A stretch of 64,000 nucleotides of DNA. Origin: the human T2T-CHM13v2.0 reference genome, Homo sapiens. How positions within the stretch are numbered: the stretch's first letter is position 1; each line of letters starts with the position of its first letter. The translations under genes and the position numbers were made by a program. Positions 15,300 through 31,550 of this stretch are shown here, piece after piece. The notes beneath the pieces are model-generated. The model was not told the DNA's origin. It did not search any database and worked only from the letters and a program-made list of their open reading frames with translations. Location of the stretch: NCBI RefSeq assembly GCF_009914755.1, contig NC_060946.1; one strand, given 5' to 3'.

Positions 15300-15784
15300 C
15301 AGACTGCATAAGTCTTCGACTTCTGAGGTTTAGTCTGGAAGAAATTTCTGGTGCCATTTTAGTTTTGTCCTGCACATGGGATGTGGTTCTTTGATGCAGT
15401 TTCAGGCCTGAAGCCAAATGTGTACCTCTAGCCCGGTGAACCTCTCACCTGTTTTAGGAAATAATTTTGAGCAAATCATACTTTCTTTGAGGATCTGAAG
15501 TTTCTCAACAAAGCTTGTCTGAAGCTATGTGATGTGACGCGATGCCGATGCAGAGAGCCTGGATGAGGCTGCACAGATGTGCCCAACTGCCTGATAGCCT
15601 GACTTCTCTGAAAACCTACTAAAACCAACAGGCGGACTGTTCTTTTTTTGGACAAGAAAAAAGACCTGGCCCTTTCATATAGCACATCAAGCCTTGGTAG
15701 CAACCAGAAACTAAGTGACAAATGCAAGCTTTTAGCCCCTTTCCTTCTTGTCCCTAGACCTTCATAGTTGTAGCTTGTCAGTAG

Positions 15785-15940
15785 AAAGAACTTTGGCCTG
15801 GGAGTTGGGAGACTACCTGGGCTCCAGATTAGCTGAGTGACCTCGGGCAAGTCTCTTAGTGTATCCCAAGATCTTTCTCCAGAGCGAGAGAGTGGAATTT
15901 GATTCTCTAGCGGTCTCTTACCCTGGAATCCTGTATGATT
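15785..15940 (+). mobile_element. MIR/MIR3 fragment
   Basis: ggcctgggagttgggagactacctgggctcc...agctgagtgacctcgggcaagtctctta. Confidence 0.6.
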
Positions 15941-17497
15941 CTTAGGGGTCCGTGCTACGTCTGAGGTTACAGATCTCAGATGTGAAAGAGACTGTTTGAG
16001 GTGTCCACTTAAGAGCTGCAAACTCTATTGACCCTTGTGTCTTTCAACTGGAAAAATGAGAGCAGCTTCTACTCAAATTAAGAGGTGCCCTCAGATTCCC
16101 CTATTTAGATTCTGTGAACCAGTGATAAGTCTCCTCTTCTGTGTGATTGGTGTTGCCCTTTTGGGATGTAGACATTTTGGACTAAGGATTTAGAGATTTT
16201 TTTACCGAGACAGGATTGTATGCGTACTAAGATGTCCTTAAAGCTGGTACTTTCCCCTTTTATCACTAATGGCTGCTATTTCCAGAGCTGTGGGCTTTAT
16301 CTGACCATCTTGCAGGTATGTTGAAAGATTTGACTAGCACTTAAAAGGTATGTTCAGAAAATGCTATTTTAAGTGTTTCTTCTTTACCCTATTTCCCCCT
16401 TGTTGAACAGTGCAAAACTACCAGGTTTTATGTTCCACTGGGCAGCTGCTGCTGGTCTGATGTTTTTCTCTCTGTCCCTCCTCCTCCTTCTGTCTCCCCT
16501 CCCCCGGGGGTCCTCCCCCAGTGCCTCCCCCTGCCCCATTCTTGCTCCGGTCTGAAGGGAGCTGTACCTTTGTGGTTCTTCTGCAGCTGCTGGACTTTGA
16601 TGGGGACATGCTTGCTGCCTCTACACTTGCTTCCCTTAGCAACCGATCCTTTGACGATGACCTCTTGCTGTTTGCCTGTTGTCTCTCATGTTGGATTATA
16701 GATGAGAGATTTACCAGGCTGGGGGTAGAGGCCTGCTGTTAGCACATTTCTTTTAGGGTTCCCAGCGTCCCTCAGCCTGTGTTTTCTCTCTCTAAAATAT
16801 GAGGTTTGGAGAGGGTGCATGTGTGTTTATGTGTGGCGGGGATATTAGTGCCGAATCAAACAGTTTTAAGTTCATAGGGTTGTCCTAGTTGTGAGCTAAT
16901 TTTGAAGTAGATGCTGTGGTGGTTACTGAAGCTACTTGATTTACTTCTCATTTTTATTATAATGTGATTAACACACATGGGGGGGGAGGGGTGCCATTTG
17001 TTCCTCTTTACACTTTCCAAGTGTTTGTGTGTTGGCACTAAACTTGTTTCCTGGTGTAATCTGAGCTCTGAGAATTGCCAAATTACCTAAATCTCCACAC
17101 ATTTTAACACATTTATTTTCTCCCAAAGCATTAAGTTTTTGTTTTATTTAAAGTAGCAGTATTCCTGGACATGTGGCTCTTATTTTGCATGGACAGCTTA
17201 TGATGTTCCGTGTGTAACTAGTTTGTGCATTTCTGTTTAGCTCGGTGGATTTGCCTTGGACAAATTAGGGACAAGGACATTGTGGGACAGCAAGAATTCC
17301 AAAAGAACCCCGGATTAAGGCCAAAAAGGAAAAAAAAAAAAGCCATTTTTAAAGCTACCCAAAGAGGAGAGTCTAAAATAAAATTAGCAATCATTTTTAT
17401 AAAAAGATACAAGAAAATAGATATTTACACACTGCTGGTGGGGAGGGTGGCTTGTAGCAGTACAATGTATCAAGAGTCTTAAAAATACTCATACCCC

Positions 17498-18288
<791 letters not shown>

Positions 18289-18336
18289 TCAACAGTTTTT
18301 CTTCTAGGAGTTTATCCTTAAAAAAAGTTTAAGATG

Positions 18337-18465
18337 GGCTGCGTGCAGTGGCTTATGCCTGTAATCCCAGCACTTTGGGAGGCTGAGGTGGGTGGATCAC
18401 TTGAGCTCAAGAGCTCAAGACCAGCTAGCAACAGAATGAGACCCTGTCTCAAAAAAAAAAAAAAA
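18337..18465 (+). mobile_element. FLAM-type Alu monomer
   Basis: Single arm plus A-tail, TSD aaaaaagt(tt/ca)aagatg. Confidence 0.85.
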
Positions 18466-18709
18466 GTCAAAGATGTGTATCTCAAGACTTACAGGTAAGG
18501 ATGTTCACTAACATGTTATTCGTAATAGAAAATTACTAACAATATCTAACAATAAAGGGCTAGCTAAATGATAATATTTTTGTTCTTATAGTAGAGTACT
18601 GTGCAGACATCTAGATTGTTTGAGGATACTTAATGTCAGGGGAAAATGCTCATAAGTGAAAAAAGCAGAATATTAAGCAATGTGTCATATGATCGTAATT
18701 TAAAAAGAA

Positions 18710-19128
<419 letters not shown>

Positions 19129-19269
19129 CCATCTCTATTTAAAAAAAAAGAATTGTGTGGCATACACAGAAAAAGAATGAAATTCTATCCACAATCTGTC
19201 TCTTTGGTAATGGGATTTTTAGTGCTTTCATTTTCTTCATATTCCAAGTTCTTCAGTGGTCAGGTATCA

Positions 19270-19468
19270 CAGATTGTGTATCCTTAATCTGAAAATCTGA
19301 AATTTGAAATGCTTCAAAATCTGAAACTGTTTGAGTGCTGACATGCTCAAAGGCAATGCTCATTGGAGCATTTCAGATTTTCAGATTAGGGATGCTCAAC
19401 TGGTCCGTATAATGCAAATATTTGAGGATCTGGTCCCAAGCATTTCGGATAAGGGACACCCCAGCCTG
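19270..19468. mobile_element. Tigger4a/MER46A (TcMar-Tigger)
   Basis: ctcaaaggcaatgctcattggagcatttcagattttcagattagggatgctcaac...tctggtcccaagcatttcggataaggga, ending cctg+TA. Confidence 0.88.
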
Positions 19469-20504
19469 TAGTTTTATAAGTTGAGAAAACTTTTGTTTTA
19501 ATTGACTCTTCACCCCCCGAAAATTATTTTGAGAATATTTTGTCTAAAGCTAAGGACTTAATAGATGAACCAAGACAATGACTTTTCTCTGTGTTTCTTC
19601 TTGTTGTTGTTAGAATGTGTTTGTGGGTTTGTGCTTTTTAAAATTAAAGCCCCCTTTTTTCTTTGTGTGAGAGATGGCTTTGGGGTTTTTAAGTTGCAGT
19701 GTTATCTGAAGGAAGTTATATCGCTTAGCAGGAACTCAGTACAATAATGTGTCATCCTTCTGTAATCATGTAATGATGCCTGACTTCAAAATGACTTACT
19801 AGTATTTGGGAATTGGTGTTTGGACTGGTTGTTTATGAGAAAGTCCAGGTAGACCGTCCATTTACTAAATACGGACGAATGGCAAGGGACTTGGGAGCTT
19901 TCTGTTTGATGGTGGTTGAAATCACTAGTTATGGATGCCATCTTTATTTGGAAATGTTTGTAATTTGGGAAGAATGAGAAGTGTTAGCAGATGATGGTTC
20001 TATGAACAGTTTGTCTAGGAGCATCAGAGTGGGAGGAGGGTGTTCTGGGGACTGGGGAGTGGGTTTCATTTGTGTTTGGCAGTAGCTGGTGATGGCTGTT
20101 GATAGTTGAAAGATCTATGGTCTCTGTTGAGGAGTACTTGACCATGAGGTTGGTTGAGTGAGGAGGTGAGTAGCTATGAGATCACAACCTGACAGGCCTT
20201 ACGCTTCCTCAGCCTTCACTGTCAACAATTGCTTGGGAAACCTGTAAGAATGGGGAGAAGAGAAATATAGCAGCCGTATCTTGGGCAGGTATTGAGAGGG
20301 TAGTTCAAAATGTTGGAATATGGGTAAAACTAGAATGCTGCACTTCTATTGGGCTCATCATTTGGGAGAGACTAGTGAGGGTAGAGTTGGTTCTCTTAAG
20401 TTGGTTTAGTCTTTTAACACTTTATTTTGAATCCTTTAAATAAGCACATATGGGAATGCACAGGTAGATAGAATTTTCTTCCACTGATAACTTGCTATCA
20501 CCCA

Positions 20505-21040
20505 TGTATTACTGAGTAGTATTTCATTGTGTGGATATACCACATTTTATGTATCCACTCTTCAGTCAGTAGGCATTTGGGTTGTTTTCACTCTGTTTAT
20601 TATGAACAATGCTGCTATGAATGTTCATGTACAGCTTATGGACATGTTTTCATTTCTCTTGGGTATATACTTAGGAGCGGAATTGCTGGGTCATATTTGC
20701 CACTCTGTTTCATGTCTTGAGGAATTGCCAGACTGTTTTCCAACATATCTATACCATTTTACATTTCCCATCAGTAGTGTATGAGGATTCTAATTTCTCC
20801 ATACCCTCTCTAATACTTGTTATTATTTATATTCTTTTTATTATGGCCATCCTATATTAGCAGGTATGAAGTGATATCTCATTGTGGTTTTGGTTTGCAC
20901 TTCCCTCATGCCTAATGACGTTGAGCATCTTTTCATGTACTTATTGGCCATTCATATACCTTCTTTGGAGAAATGCCTGTTTAGATCATTTGTCCATTTC
21001 AATTGGGTTACTCATTTTGTTATTGAATCATAAGGGTAGT
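20505..21040 (-). mobile_element. L1MB-like ORF2-end/3'UTR fragment
   Basis: aatgctgctatgaatgttcatgtac...gggtatatacttaggagcggaattgctgggtcata...ttggagaaatg. Confidence 0.88.
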
Positions 21041-21153
21041 TACACTTTTAAAGTGTTGGATCACAAAGAGATTTGCCATCTGAGAAGTTAGAATCAAACA
21101 TTTAAAATTCATTTAAGAATGGTTAAAAACACATTACATGTTAACAAAAATAA

Positions 21154-21444
<291 letters not shown>

Positions 21445-21473
21445 ACAAATAACGTTTTTTATTTAAAAAAAAA

Positions 21474-21768
21474 TTTTTTTAAAAAAGATGTGGTCCTGCT
21501 CTGTCGCCTAGACTGGAGTGCAGTGGCACAATCATAGCTCCATGCAGCCTTGAATTCCTGGGCTCAAGTGATCCTGCTGCCTTAGCCTCCCAAGTAGCTG
21601 GGACTACAGGCATGTGCCACCATGCCTGGCTATTTAAAAAAAATTTTTGTAGAGACCGAGTCTTGCTTTGCTGCCTAGGGTGGTCTCGAACTCTTGGCTT
21701 CAAGTGATCCTCCCACCTTGGCCTCCCAAAGTGCTGGGATTACAGGTGTTGGCCCAGCAAGCCTGGCC
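21474..21768 (-). mobile_element. AluJ
   Basis: atcatagctc...gcagccttgaattcctgggctcaagtgatcc. Confidence 0.9.
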
Positions 21769-22276
21769 TAAAATATCTTTTTGTTTTAGAAAATATAGTG
21801 AGAAAAATGGCCTTGTTTTATATATTTGCAAATCTCTTTAATGCCTGGCTTAGTAAGACAGTTGGATTCTTGCATCCACTTCCGTACCTAGTCTGTTGCA
21901 ATATGCTTTGGTTGAAGTATAACTAAGAAAATCTAGCCTTACACAGATATGTAGTTGGAAAAGGGAGGAGTATTTTATAGCCTGTTAAGATATTAGTAAT
22001 TATGAGTATTCTTTGATACTATATCTAAACTGGACAAGAGGTAGTTTCTGAAAGATTAGTTGCAATGTAGAATCTGAAACCATGTCAATGAACTATTCCT
22101 ACTGTTTCACTTTGAAATCTATTGGTCTCTGTTGCATTTTGAATGGATCTTTTACTAATGAATGATTTTGTATTATCATCTCATGCATTGGTCATTTAGA
22201 AAATATTGATTCACTTAGTCATGTAGCTCTTCCAAATACTAACATTTCATTATACAGTACTTAAAAATTCACATTT

Positions 22277-22579
<303 letters not shown>

Positions 22580-22879
22580 TATTTATTTATTTTTGAGTCA
22601 GGGTCTGACTCTGTTGCCCAGGCTGGAAGGCAGTGGCATGAGCTAGGCTCACTGCAGCCTCTACCTCCTAGACTCAAGTGATCCTTCCACCTCAGCCTCC
22701 AAGTGTCTAGGGCTTTAGCTGCATGCCACTGTGACCAGCTATATTTTTTTATTTTTTTTTTATACTGATGGGGTTTCACCATGTTGCCCAGGCTGGTCTC
22801 AAAACTCCTGAGCTCAAGCAATCTTTCCACCTTGACCCCACAAAGTGCTGGGATTAAGCGTGCACCACTGTGCCCGGCC
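22580..22879 (-). mobile_element. AluJ
   Basis: TSD aaaaattcacattt at 22263-22276 and 22880-22893 encloses both tandem Alus. Confidence 0.9.
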
Positions 22880-24513
22880 AAAAATTCACATTTGTTCCCA
22901 ACAGAAAAGTCTCTAAGTATCAGGATTCTGTCAGACTCATAGTGATAGGTACACATTTCCCAAAAGTTTAATTTTTGCTTGAGAGTTCAAGTTTTATCAT
23001 TGGCAAAAAATATTATCAATTGTTTCCTTGAAGTGTTAGTCTCATTTCATTCCTTTTTGAGAAAATGCCTGCCCTGCACTCATCTATATAACTGTACTTT
23101 AAGGTCAGTTACTCGTTTAAGTAAAAATGGTGTTCCGTGAAAAAAGTTGACTAGTTTGGCTTACAGCTAACAATCACACAAGTATTTTGTCTTGAGGCAA
23201 CCACTGTGCTTTGGTATGCAGCAGAAGTGCTTTATGCGTATTTAACCATTTCGCCACGCAGAATTTTTTTTTTTAATGTACTCAAGGGTTGAGATTTAAT
23301 AAACTTAATAGTTTTTATTGCTTCATCTGCATTGCTTCATCAACATTCTTAAGGAAACTTTTATTTCAATTCCAAGTATACAATGATCAAGAGTGCAGTT
23401 TGGTGTCACTGCTGTAATTCTTGCAACAGTTTTTCCCACCACTGCTTTTGTACATGAATCAGTGCAAATGTCAGCAGACTGTAAAAGGCTAATAATGTCT
23501 TTGTGTTATTACAAAAATGGTTTTGCCCTCACAGATTACCTGAAAAGGTTGAAGGACAAACCTCCACCCACCGCCCCCTGCCCTGGGCTTGCAGATGGGA
23601 TGAGAACCACTGGGCTAGACAGCATTTAATGGAAATGGGGATAAAATTGTTTTGAAGGTGCTTGCTGCTCTGTTGTCTGAGACTGGTAGCATAAACTTGC
23701 ATGGTGATAGCAGCAAAATGTGTATAGTGTTGTGTACCTTGTTGCGTTGTTCTTTCCAGTCTTTAGCAATATGCAAAATCACAAAGCACTAACCACTGAG
23801 ACTCCTTTGAAAATAAACTGCTTCCTCATTTTCTTCTTCCTTTCCTTTCCTTTCTAACAAGAAAAGCACCTCTTCACCACCTACCTTGCAAATGTGCTGT
23901 TTCCCTTATTTCATGTTTTGAGTTTTAAAAAGACAGTGGCTCTTTAGGGCCTTCCTCCATATCTCTGTTTCTGAGGATACTCCTTATACTTAGAACGCTT
24001 GACTGATGTCTAGTTCAGGCCCAGGCCAGTGGCTGGCAATGACCTCATTCTTGCCATGTAAATCCTTACTGAATGGCATGAGACTCCAACTTAGCAGTTC
24101 ATGGAATTGTAAGGTGAGCCCAGTTTCCCAGCCAATTATGACTCCATCTAAAGCCGTAGCTGGGCCATTAATGTATTTTGCGCCTTGTCCTCTTTTATAT
24201 CTTGCCAAACTCTGAGAGTCTACTGTATAGCTACTGGCAACAGGCCTCTGCCAAAACAGTCTATGAATGTATCATTTTACACCTCATTTTTCCTTGTTTC
24301 CCCCTGTGATGGCACCTTGCCTGTGTTTCTCTCTCCCACATCTTTCTACCCACTTAAAAAAATTATTCATTTAACTTATTCCTTTATTGTGGTATTATAG
24401 ACTTTTGGCTTCTGTAGTTATTTAGTGTGAAAGAGATACTGAAGAATGAAAATGCTAATATCTTCTTATAGCGCCCTTCCTTTTTCAACCACTAGTGGTT
24501 CTCCTAAGGGCCC

Positions 24514-24960
24514 TCTTCTGGGTTGAATTTTGTCCCCCCAAATTTATATGTTGAAACCCTAACTCCCAGCACCTCAGAATGCGACCTTTTTTGGAGATTG
24601 AGTCTTTACGGAGGTAATCAAGTTCAATTAAGGTCGTCAGGGTGGGCCCTAATCCAATATGACTGGTGTCCTTATTAAAAGGGGAAATCTGGACATATGC
24701 ACACACACCAGGAACGTGCCAAGTGAAGATGGAGGCAGTGATTGGGGTGATGATTCCACAAGCCAAGAAACACCAAAGACTGCCAGCAGCCCACCAGAAG
24801 CTAGGGGAGAGGTGTGGAACAGATTCCCTCATAGCCCCCATAAGGAATCAACCCTGTCGACATCTTGATTTTGGACTTCTAGTCTCAACTGCAAGATGAC
24901 AAATTTCTTTTTTACCCAGTTTATGGTAGTTCGTTAAGGCAGCCCTGGGAAATGAATACC
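24514..24960 (+). mobile_element. MLT1C-like MaLR solo LTR
   Basis: gggttgaattttgtccccc...ggtgggccctaatccaatatgactggtgtcctt...gcagccctgggaaatgaatac. Confidence 0.88.
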
Positions 24961-27035
24961 AACTCAAAGCTGACTGCTGTCTCCCATGGCCCTGTGGTTC
25001 TCTTGCTCACCTTGGACCTTTGTTCTACAGGTCACACCACGGCTGGTCTCCCAGGGTGACCTGTGCGCCTGCCATGTAAGGTTCCTCCTCAGAGCAGTGC
25101 TCTGTGACTGCTCACGCTAATGAAGAATGCAAGGTTGAGGACTGTGTTTTCTGGAAAGATGGATAGAGATGGTTTAGGGACTCAGAGATAGGCGACTCCA
25201 TGTACCTGCTCCCATCCCGTTTGCATGTACCTCTTCCCCTGTGTTGATGAGAGGTATTAAAATCCTGCTGGCCTCCACTTGCTCCTCTTCCCCGTGGAGC
25301 AAGGAGCACTGAGCCAGCATGGGTATATCTGGCTTTCTTTTCTCCGAGTGCATTCTCCATGGGACCCTCCTGCGGGTTCCCAGCTGACCGCTGGTTTGCA
25401 CCACACAGCCAGGAGAAGTGGCCAAGAAAAGCGAGCTGCTGGATGGAATGCTCAGGGCCCCAAAACATTACTCTTCGTGATAGTTTGGTTCTTGCCAGGA
25501 TGTCCTTGTAAAACTTTTATGAAGATGTTGTTGTACTTGCATTGGAGGTTGAAAATTGCTGTTAACCTTGCTAAGTCCCATGTCCCCCAGGAATGTGGAA
25601 CGCTATGGAAATGCTCTGGCCCTCCCTTCTGGACGGGTGCTCCACTGCAGCAGCTGCCTGCACAGAAAGTTGAGCTGGCTGGCTGGATTAAGGGACATCA
25701 GCTAGGCCTTTGTTTAAAAATATTTAAAATATGTTTGAACCTCCCTTTATCAACAAAGAACAGTTTCTTTCAGCAGAGAGAAGTTTTTCATTTCCATGTT
25801 TTTTTTTTTTTTTTTAACCATTTTGTTTGGTTCTTTTGTATATTAGCAACTTTGGAAAAGTGTTCCCATTCACAGTTTGAAAGCCAAGTATAAAAGGTAT
25901 TGCATCGTTATTTTCTATTTTGCTTAAGAGAAAAGAGCAGTTTGCTTCTATTAAGAACATAATGTTTATGAAGATAATCTTCTGGCTTGAGTTAATTTTT
26001 TTCTGGTGTCGAGCTTTGACAGTTAAAAAGCAAGAATGTGTTTGCGAATGTATTTAAAACATCTCTGGAATTAGGAGTTTATGAAGGTATATTAGGTAAT
26101 GAGAATGAGCTTTGGAAGTTACAAAGAAATAAAAGAGGTTCCTGTGTCTGAGTCTGCTGGTATGAGAGCCAGGAGTATTAACCTATGGAGAGTCCTTGAC
26201 TATTAGGTCTTTTGAGTTAAGTTTCAGGATAAGGCAGCATTTTTCTAAAATCCAGGTTTTCCCTTGCCTGCCTTTGTGATGATCACAGTGTGTATCAGGT
26301 TTCTGCTTAACTTCAGATCTTCTTTGGGTATCTTCCCAGTGTTATTAGAAACCTGAGATATTTCCCTACTTACTTGCAGGAGGAGCCAGCATGTTGCATA
26401 ACTGCAGGGGCCCCATTCATCTTAGAGTGTGGATTAGACCAGGGTGTCAAGGGCCCTAGGCAGCGTGCAGTGCTATGTGCAGGTGCTAGCAGGGAAGGCA
26501 TGGTAGGTGAAGGTTCCTGTTTCTTGGGTGCATTAATATGGAATTACTTTTCAAAACGTATCCTAGCCATACCCTTGTTATTCCATGTTTTTAAACCAGA
26601 TCATTCATCTTGAGGAGTACTTGGCCAACTCTAGGTACGGCTTTTCCTCCAGCCCCTCAGCCACTGCTTGACAGAGTTGTGAGGCCACAGCCTGTGAGAA
26701 ATCAATCTGGAGAATTATTAGTTGTCTCTTAAGTTGCTTTAAAATCGCCTGGAGGCCAACCCTGAAGTTTAGGAAAAGAGTGTGCTTGTGTTTCTCCTGT
26801 TGACTTCTTTCTCCTCCAAGTGTTCTTGTCCTTCAGTTGACTCTGGAGACTGGAATATGAGTAAAGAACATGAAAGGGACTTTAGTTAAACATTAGAACC
26901 TTTCAAGTTTCAGGGCTTCAACTGAGCTTAGTGACATGCCATCAACGACCAAGGTTCCCATATATCCTGAAAGGATATTTCTCTAAGGCCAGTTAGGCAT
27001 CAATCATTAATCAGACACTTTACAAATGGTACTTA

Positions 27036-27115
27036 TATTAGGTTGAATCTTATGACCTTGCCATTTTTGTAGATCAGAAATTGTTGGATATTGGCAGTTT
27101 CCCATGGTTTTACCT
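27036..27115. mobile_element. MADE2 (mariner-derived MITE)
   Basis: About 80-bp imperfect palindrome tattaggttgaatcttatgaccttgcc...ggcagtttcccatggttttacct. Confidence 0.7.
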
Positions 27116-27132
27116 GGAGTACTCTGGAGAGG

Positions 27133-27370
27133 CCATGTAGCATTGTGCTTCAGAATAGGGACCTGGGACCTGTGGGCCTTGTGCTAGGCTGGAATTTTCA
27201 CCTTGGCACTTATTTGTATGTGACACTGGACAGGTCACCCACTGCCATTGACTGCCATTGATTGCTCTGAAAATGGGGCGATTGTGGTTCCACACCATAG
27301 GGTTGTTTTTAAGATTAAATATGTCCATGTATATAAAGCACCTAGGACAGGGCCTGGCACACGGCTCACT
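27133..27370 (+). mobile_element. MIR
   Basis: ctgaaaatgggg...catagggttgtttttaagattaaat...aaagcacctaggacagggcctggcac. Confidence 0.8.
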
Positions 27371-27453
27371 CTGTGTGTGTTTTTTTTCATGACTTCTTCA
27401 TTCTTAGGACCTTCACAGTTTCTGCCATATCTGCGTGCCAGCTGTGTAGTCAT

Positions 27454-27831
27454 TGTCTTGGTCAGCACAGGCTGCTGTAACAAAATACCATGGACTGTGT
27501 GGTTAAACAGACATTTATTTCTCATAGTTCTAGGTGCTGGAAGTCTGAGATCAGGGTGCCAGCATGGTCGGGTTCTGGTGAGGGCCCTCTTCCTGGCTCA
27601 CAGAGCTGTCTTCTTGCTGTATCCTCCTGTGGCGAAGAAAGTGTGAGTGAGTGAGCAAGCTCTCTGGCATCTCTTCTTAGAAGGGTACTAATCTCATCAT
27701 GATGGCCCTGCCCTCAGGACCTTATCTAATCTTAATTACCTCCCAAAGACCCCACGCATCTCCAAGTGCATATTGGGGGAGTTAGGGCTTCAAAATATGA
27801 CTTTTGGGGAGACCCAATTCAGTCCACAGCA
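27454..27831 (-). mobile_element. MLT1A/A0 MaLR solo LTR
   Basis: TG...CA ends and a 5-bp TSD gtcat at 27449-27453 and 27832-27836. Confidence 0.92.
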
Positions 27832-27947
27832 GTCATTTATTTAGTGTTTTTCTTTAAAAGTGACAGTTTTTAAAACAGGAATAACTTATCTTGTTGATTC
27901 TTGGATGCTTTTCTTGTTTTTGTATATCATCTCTGAAATTAGAATGT

Positions 27948-28220
27948 CTTTTTTTTTTGAGTCACTCTGTTGACCAGGCTGGAGTGCAGTCCATGACCAT
28001 GGCTCACCACAGCCTCTACCTCCTGGGCTCTAGCAATCCTCCTGAGTAGCTGGGACTACAGGTGTGTGCCACCATGCCCAACTAATTTTTGTATGTTTTA
28101 TAGAGACAGGGTTTCACCGTGTTGCCCAGGCTGGCCTTGAATTCCTGGGCTCAAGGGATTCTCCCACCTTGTCCTCCCACAGTGCTGGGATTACAGGCGT
28201 GAGCCACCATATGCTGGGCA
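27948..28220 (-). mobile_element. AluJ
   Basis: ccatggctcaccacagcctctacctcctgggctc. Confidence 0.9.
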
Positions 28221-28291
28221 CTGTGGTATAATATCTTAAAATCTGTGAAATGTCCTGGTTTAATTTTTTTCTTGTCCACTAAAAGATATAA

Positions 28292-28651
<360 letters not shown>

Positions 28652-28976
28652 CTTTAAAATGGTAGTTTTTTAAAGGAAATATTATCAAGAGTTTGTGCTA
28701 GTTATGTTTTTCCAACCCATGTTAAAATGAATAAATGTCTGTTGTTTTAAAAAGTCCTCCTGTGTACCACCTTGCAGCCTCTGTGGATCAGCAGTGGACT
28801 CCTGGCCTACCCTCTGGGAAACATGAATGTGGTGTATAGTTTTTGGATCATGTTTTGTGGAGCAGCATCCTCACTCAGCATAGCTGTGCTTTGGTTGGTC
28901 TCACGCACTGAAGTGTTACTTAAGGTTTGGATTATGGGAAGGACTTTTACTACTAAAGACGTTGGAAAACCATATG

Positions 28977-29226
28977 TTTTGGGAGGCTGAGGTGGGAGGA
29001 TCACCTGAGCCCAGGAGTTCAAGACCAACCTGGGCAACATAGCGAGACCCTGTCTCTATTAAAAAAAAAAAAAAGAGCCAGGCATGGTGGCTCGTGCCTG
29101 TGGTTCCAGCTACTTGGGAGGCCTAGGTGGGATGATCACTTGAACCCAGGAGGTCCGGGCTGCAGTGAGCCAGGTTCACATCACTGTACTCTGGCCTAGA
29201 TGACAGAGTGAGACCTTGTCTCAAAA
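28977..29226 (+). mobile_element. 5'-truncated AluJ
   Basis: TSD gaaaacca(t/c)at. Confidence 0.88.
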
Positions 29227-30720
29227 GAAAACCACATCAGTAAGCCATCTTCTCGTTTGCCTCACTAACATCCTGTTGAGGTGTCCCACAAACCAAACAG
29301 GATGTGGGGGTGCGGAGGATTATCCCCTCTAGGAGCAAGTTGCCCCATCTGGTTGAGGGAGAGGTGGTTCTGTCACCAGTAGAGCATGTTGAGTGCTGCA
29401 GAGATGGCTGGCGACGGGGATGTCTGGCCTGGCAGATGTCACCTTCAAGGAGGGAGTGTGCTCATTGCAGGCTGCTTTCTGGGATGGGAGTAGGCTAGTA
29501 ATGTGATGTGTGGGGCCTTCCCTGAAATAGAAGGCACTGGACAGGCATGTAGTATGGATAAGGTAGAGAGGGTGATGGATAGTTTTGGCTTTCCTTGTGA
29601 GGTGGGCATGCTGGTGGCATGTTTTAGATTTTCCGAATGGCCTTTGTTTCCATTTCCTTTTTTTTTTTTTTTTTTTTTTTTAAAGCTGCATCCTTTTGCA
29701 TCGAATGAAACCCCATCAAGGGCATCTCCTAACTCTTCTTCCATTCTCTTGTCCAGGGCTGGTGTTTTTTGTGTGTTTGTGACTGACAATGCAGCATGGA
29801 GAATTTGGAGCAGCTAGTTTTGCCTTTTCTCCTACAGGAAGAGGGACTCGTCTGCAAAGAAAGGGGTCTGCCTTTCAGTCCTTTGAAGCCACCTGGTCTG
29901 ACAAAGACAGTTTCCCTGTCCCTTTTTGGACCTTGAGCTGAGCAAAAAATTACTTAGTTGCTGAAAGCAGGTCAGTGTAGAGGACTTCCTCTACTCCTGC
30001 TTTGACTTCATCTGCAAGAGAGCTGAGAACTGAGTGAGGCATTTCTGCTTCTTGAGACTTCTCTTGGTGTGGCAGGGCTTCCTGTCCAGGAGGGGCTCCA
30101 TTGCCTCATGCCCTGGGTATAAACAGTCCCAGAGGGCTTTGGAATCAGCCTGGGTCAATTCTGGAGGAAAAATAAGGCCTAATAAGCATGGCTCTTTTCC
30201 CAAAATGTAGCCACAGGGGTCTAAGCAGCTGATTGTGGGGTCCAGGGCCACCAGGAGTCTTGGCTGGCCTAGCATATCTTGATTTGTTAAGAAGGTGGAT
30301 ATGAATTCAGTCTAGAGAAGATAACGTGCCTATTGTGCAGAATGCAGGGCTTTTTGTTCAAGGCTGTCTCCATTTGGAAGTAGAATGACAAAGCAGTGTA
30401 GATTTACACAGAGCATCTCTGAGTCTGTTACAACCCTTAAGTTTTATGGTTTCGAGCCAGGACAGTACTTCTTACATTCTGTCTTTGTCAAGGGCTTTTG
30501 TAGTCCTGAGATTTTACTGTGGTGCACTGGTTATGAGATGAGACTCATAGTTACAAAATTCCAAACTGAGGATTATCATCTAGAACCACTCCACAGTTGG
30601 ATCCTTGGCCTCACTCTTCACTGTGTCACTCACAGCACCTGTCACAATGCATGTATGTTACCCAGAGGGTGCCCAGTAAATTTACTGAACGAGTTTCTAA
30701 ACTTCCAAATTGCTTTCTGA

Positions 30721-31042
<322 letters not shown>

Positions 31043-31208
31043 AATGACTGTTCTTTTTGAGACCTTGGACATTACACTGAATCCAGTGAAGTTTCTTGAG
31101 ACTGTACCGTGATTAGGGGTGGGAAATAAATGTTGTGTGCAGTTTTGGATCTGGAGAACTTTGTGGGAGTGAAGAGCCAAGAAGGATGCTTTGAAAAGCA
31201 TAACTCTT

Positions 31209-31550
<342 letters not shown>

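Noticed and set aside
15476-16021. 181-aa minus-strand ORF
   Set aside because: Non-ATG start, overlaps a MIR fragment and shows no protein similarity I recognise.
19770-20340. Purine/G-rich stretch that may be an ancient L2 or CR1
   Set aside because: Too degenerate to call by eye.
25279-25893. Longest ORF in the track (204 aa)
   Set aside because: Non-ATG (ttg) start, no recognisable domain, poly-Phe from a T-run and no supporting splice structure. A chance intronic ORF.
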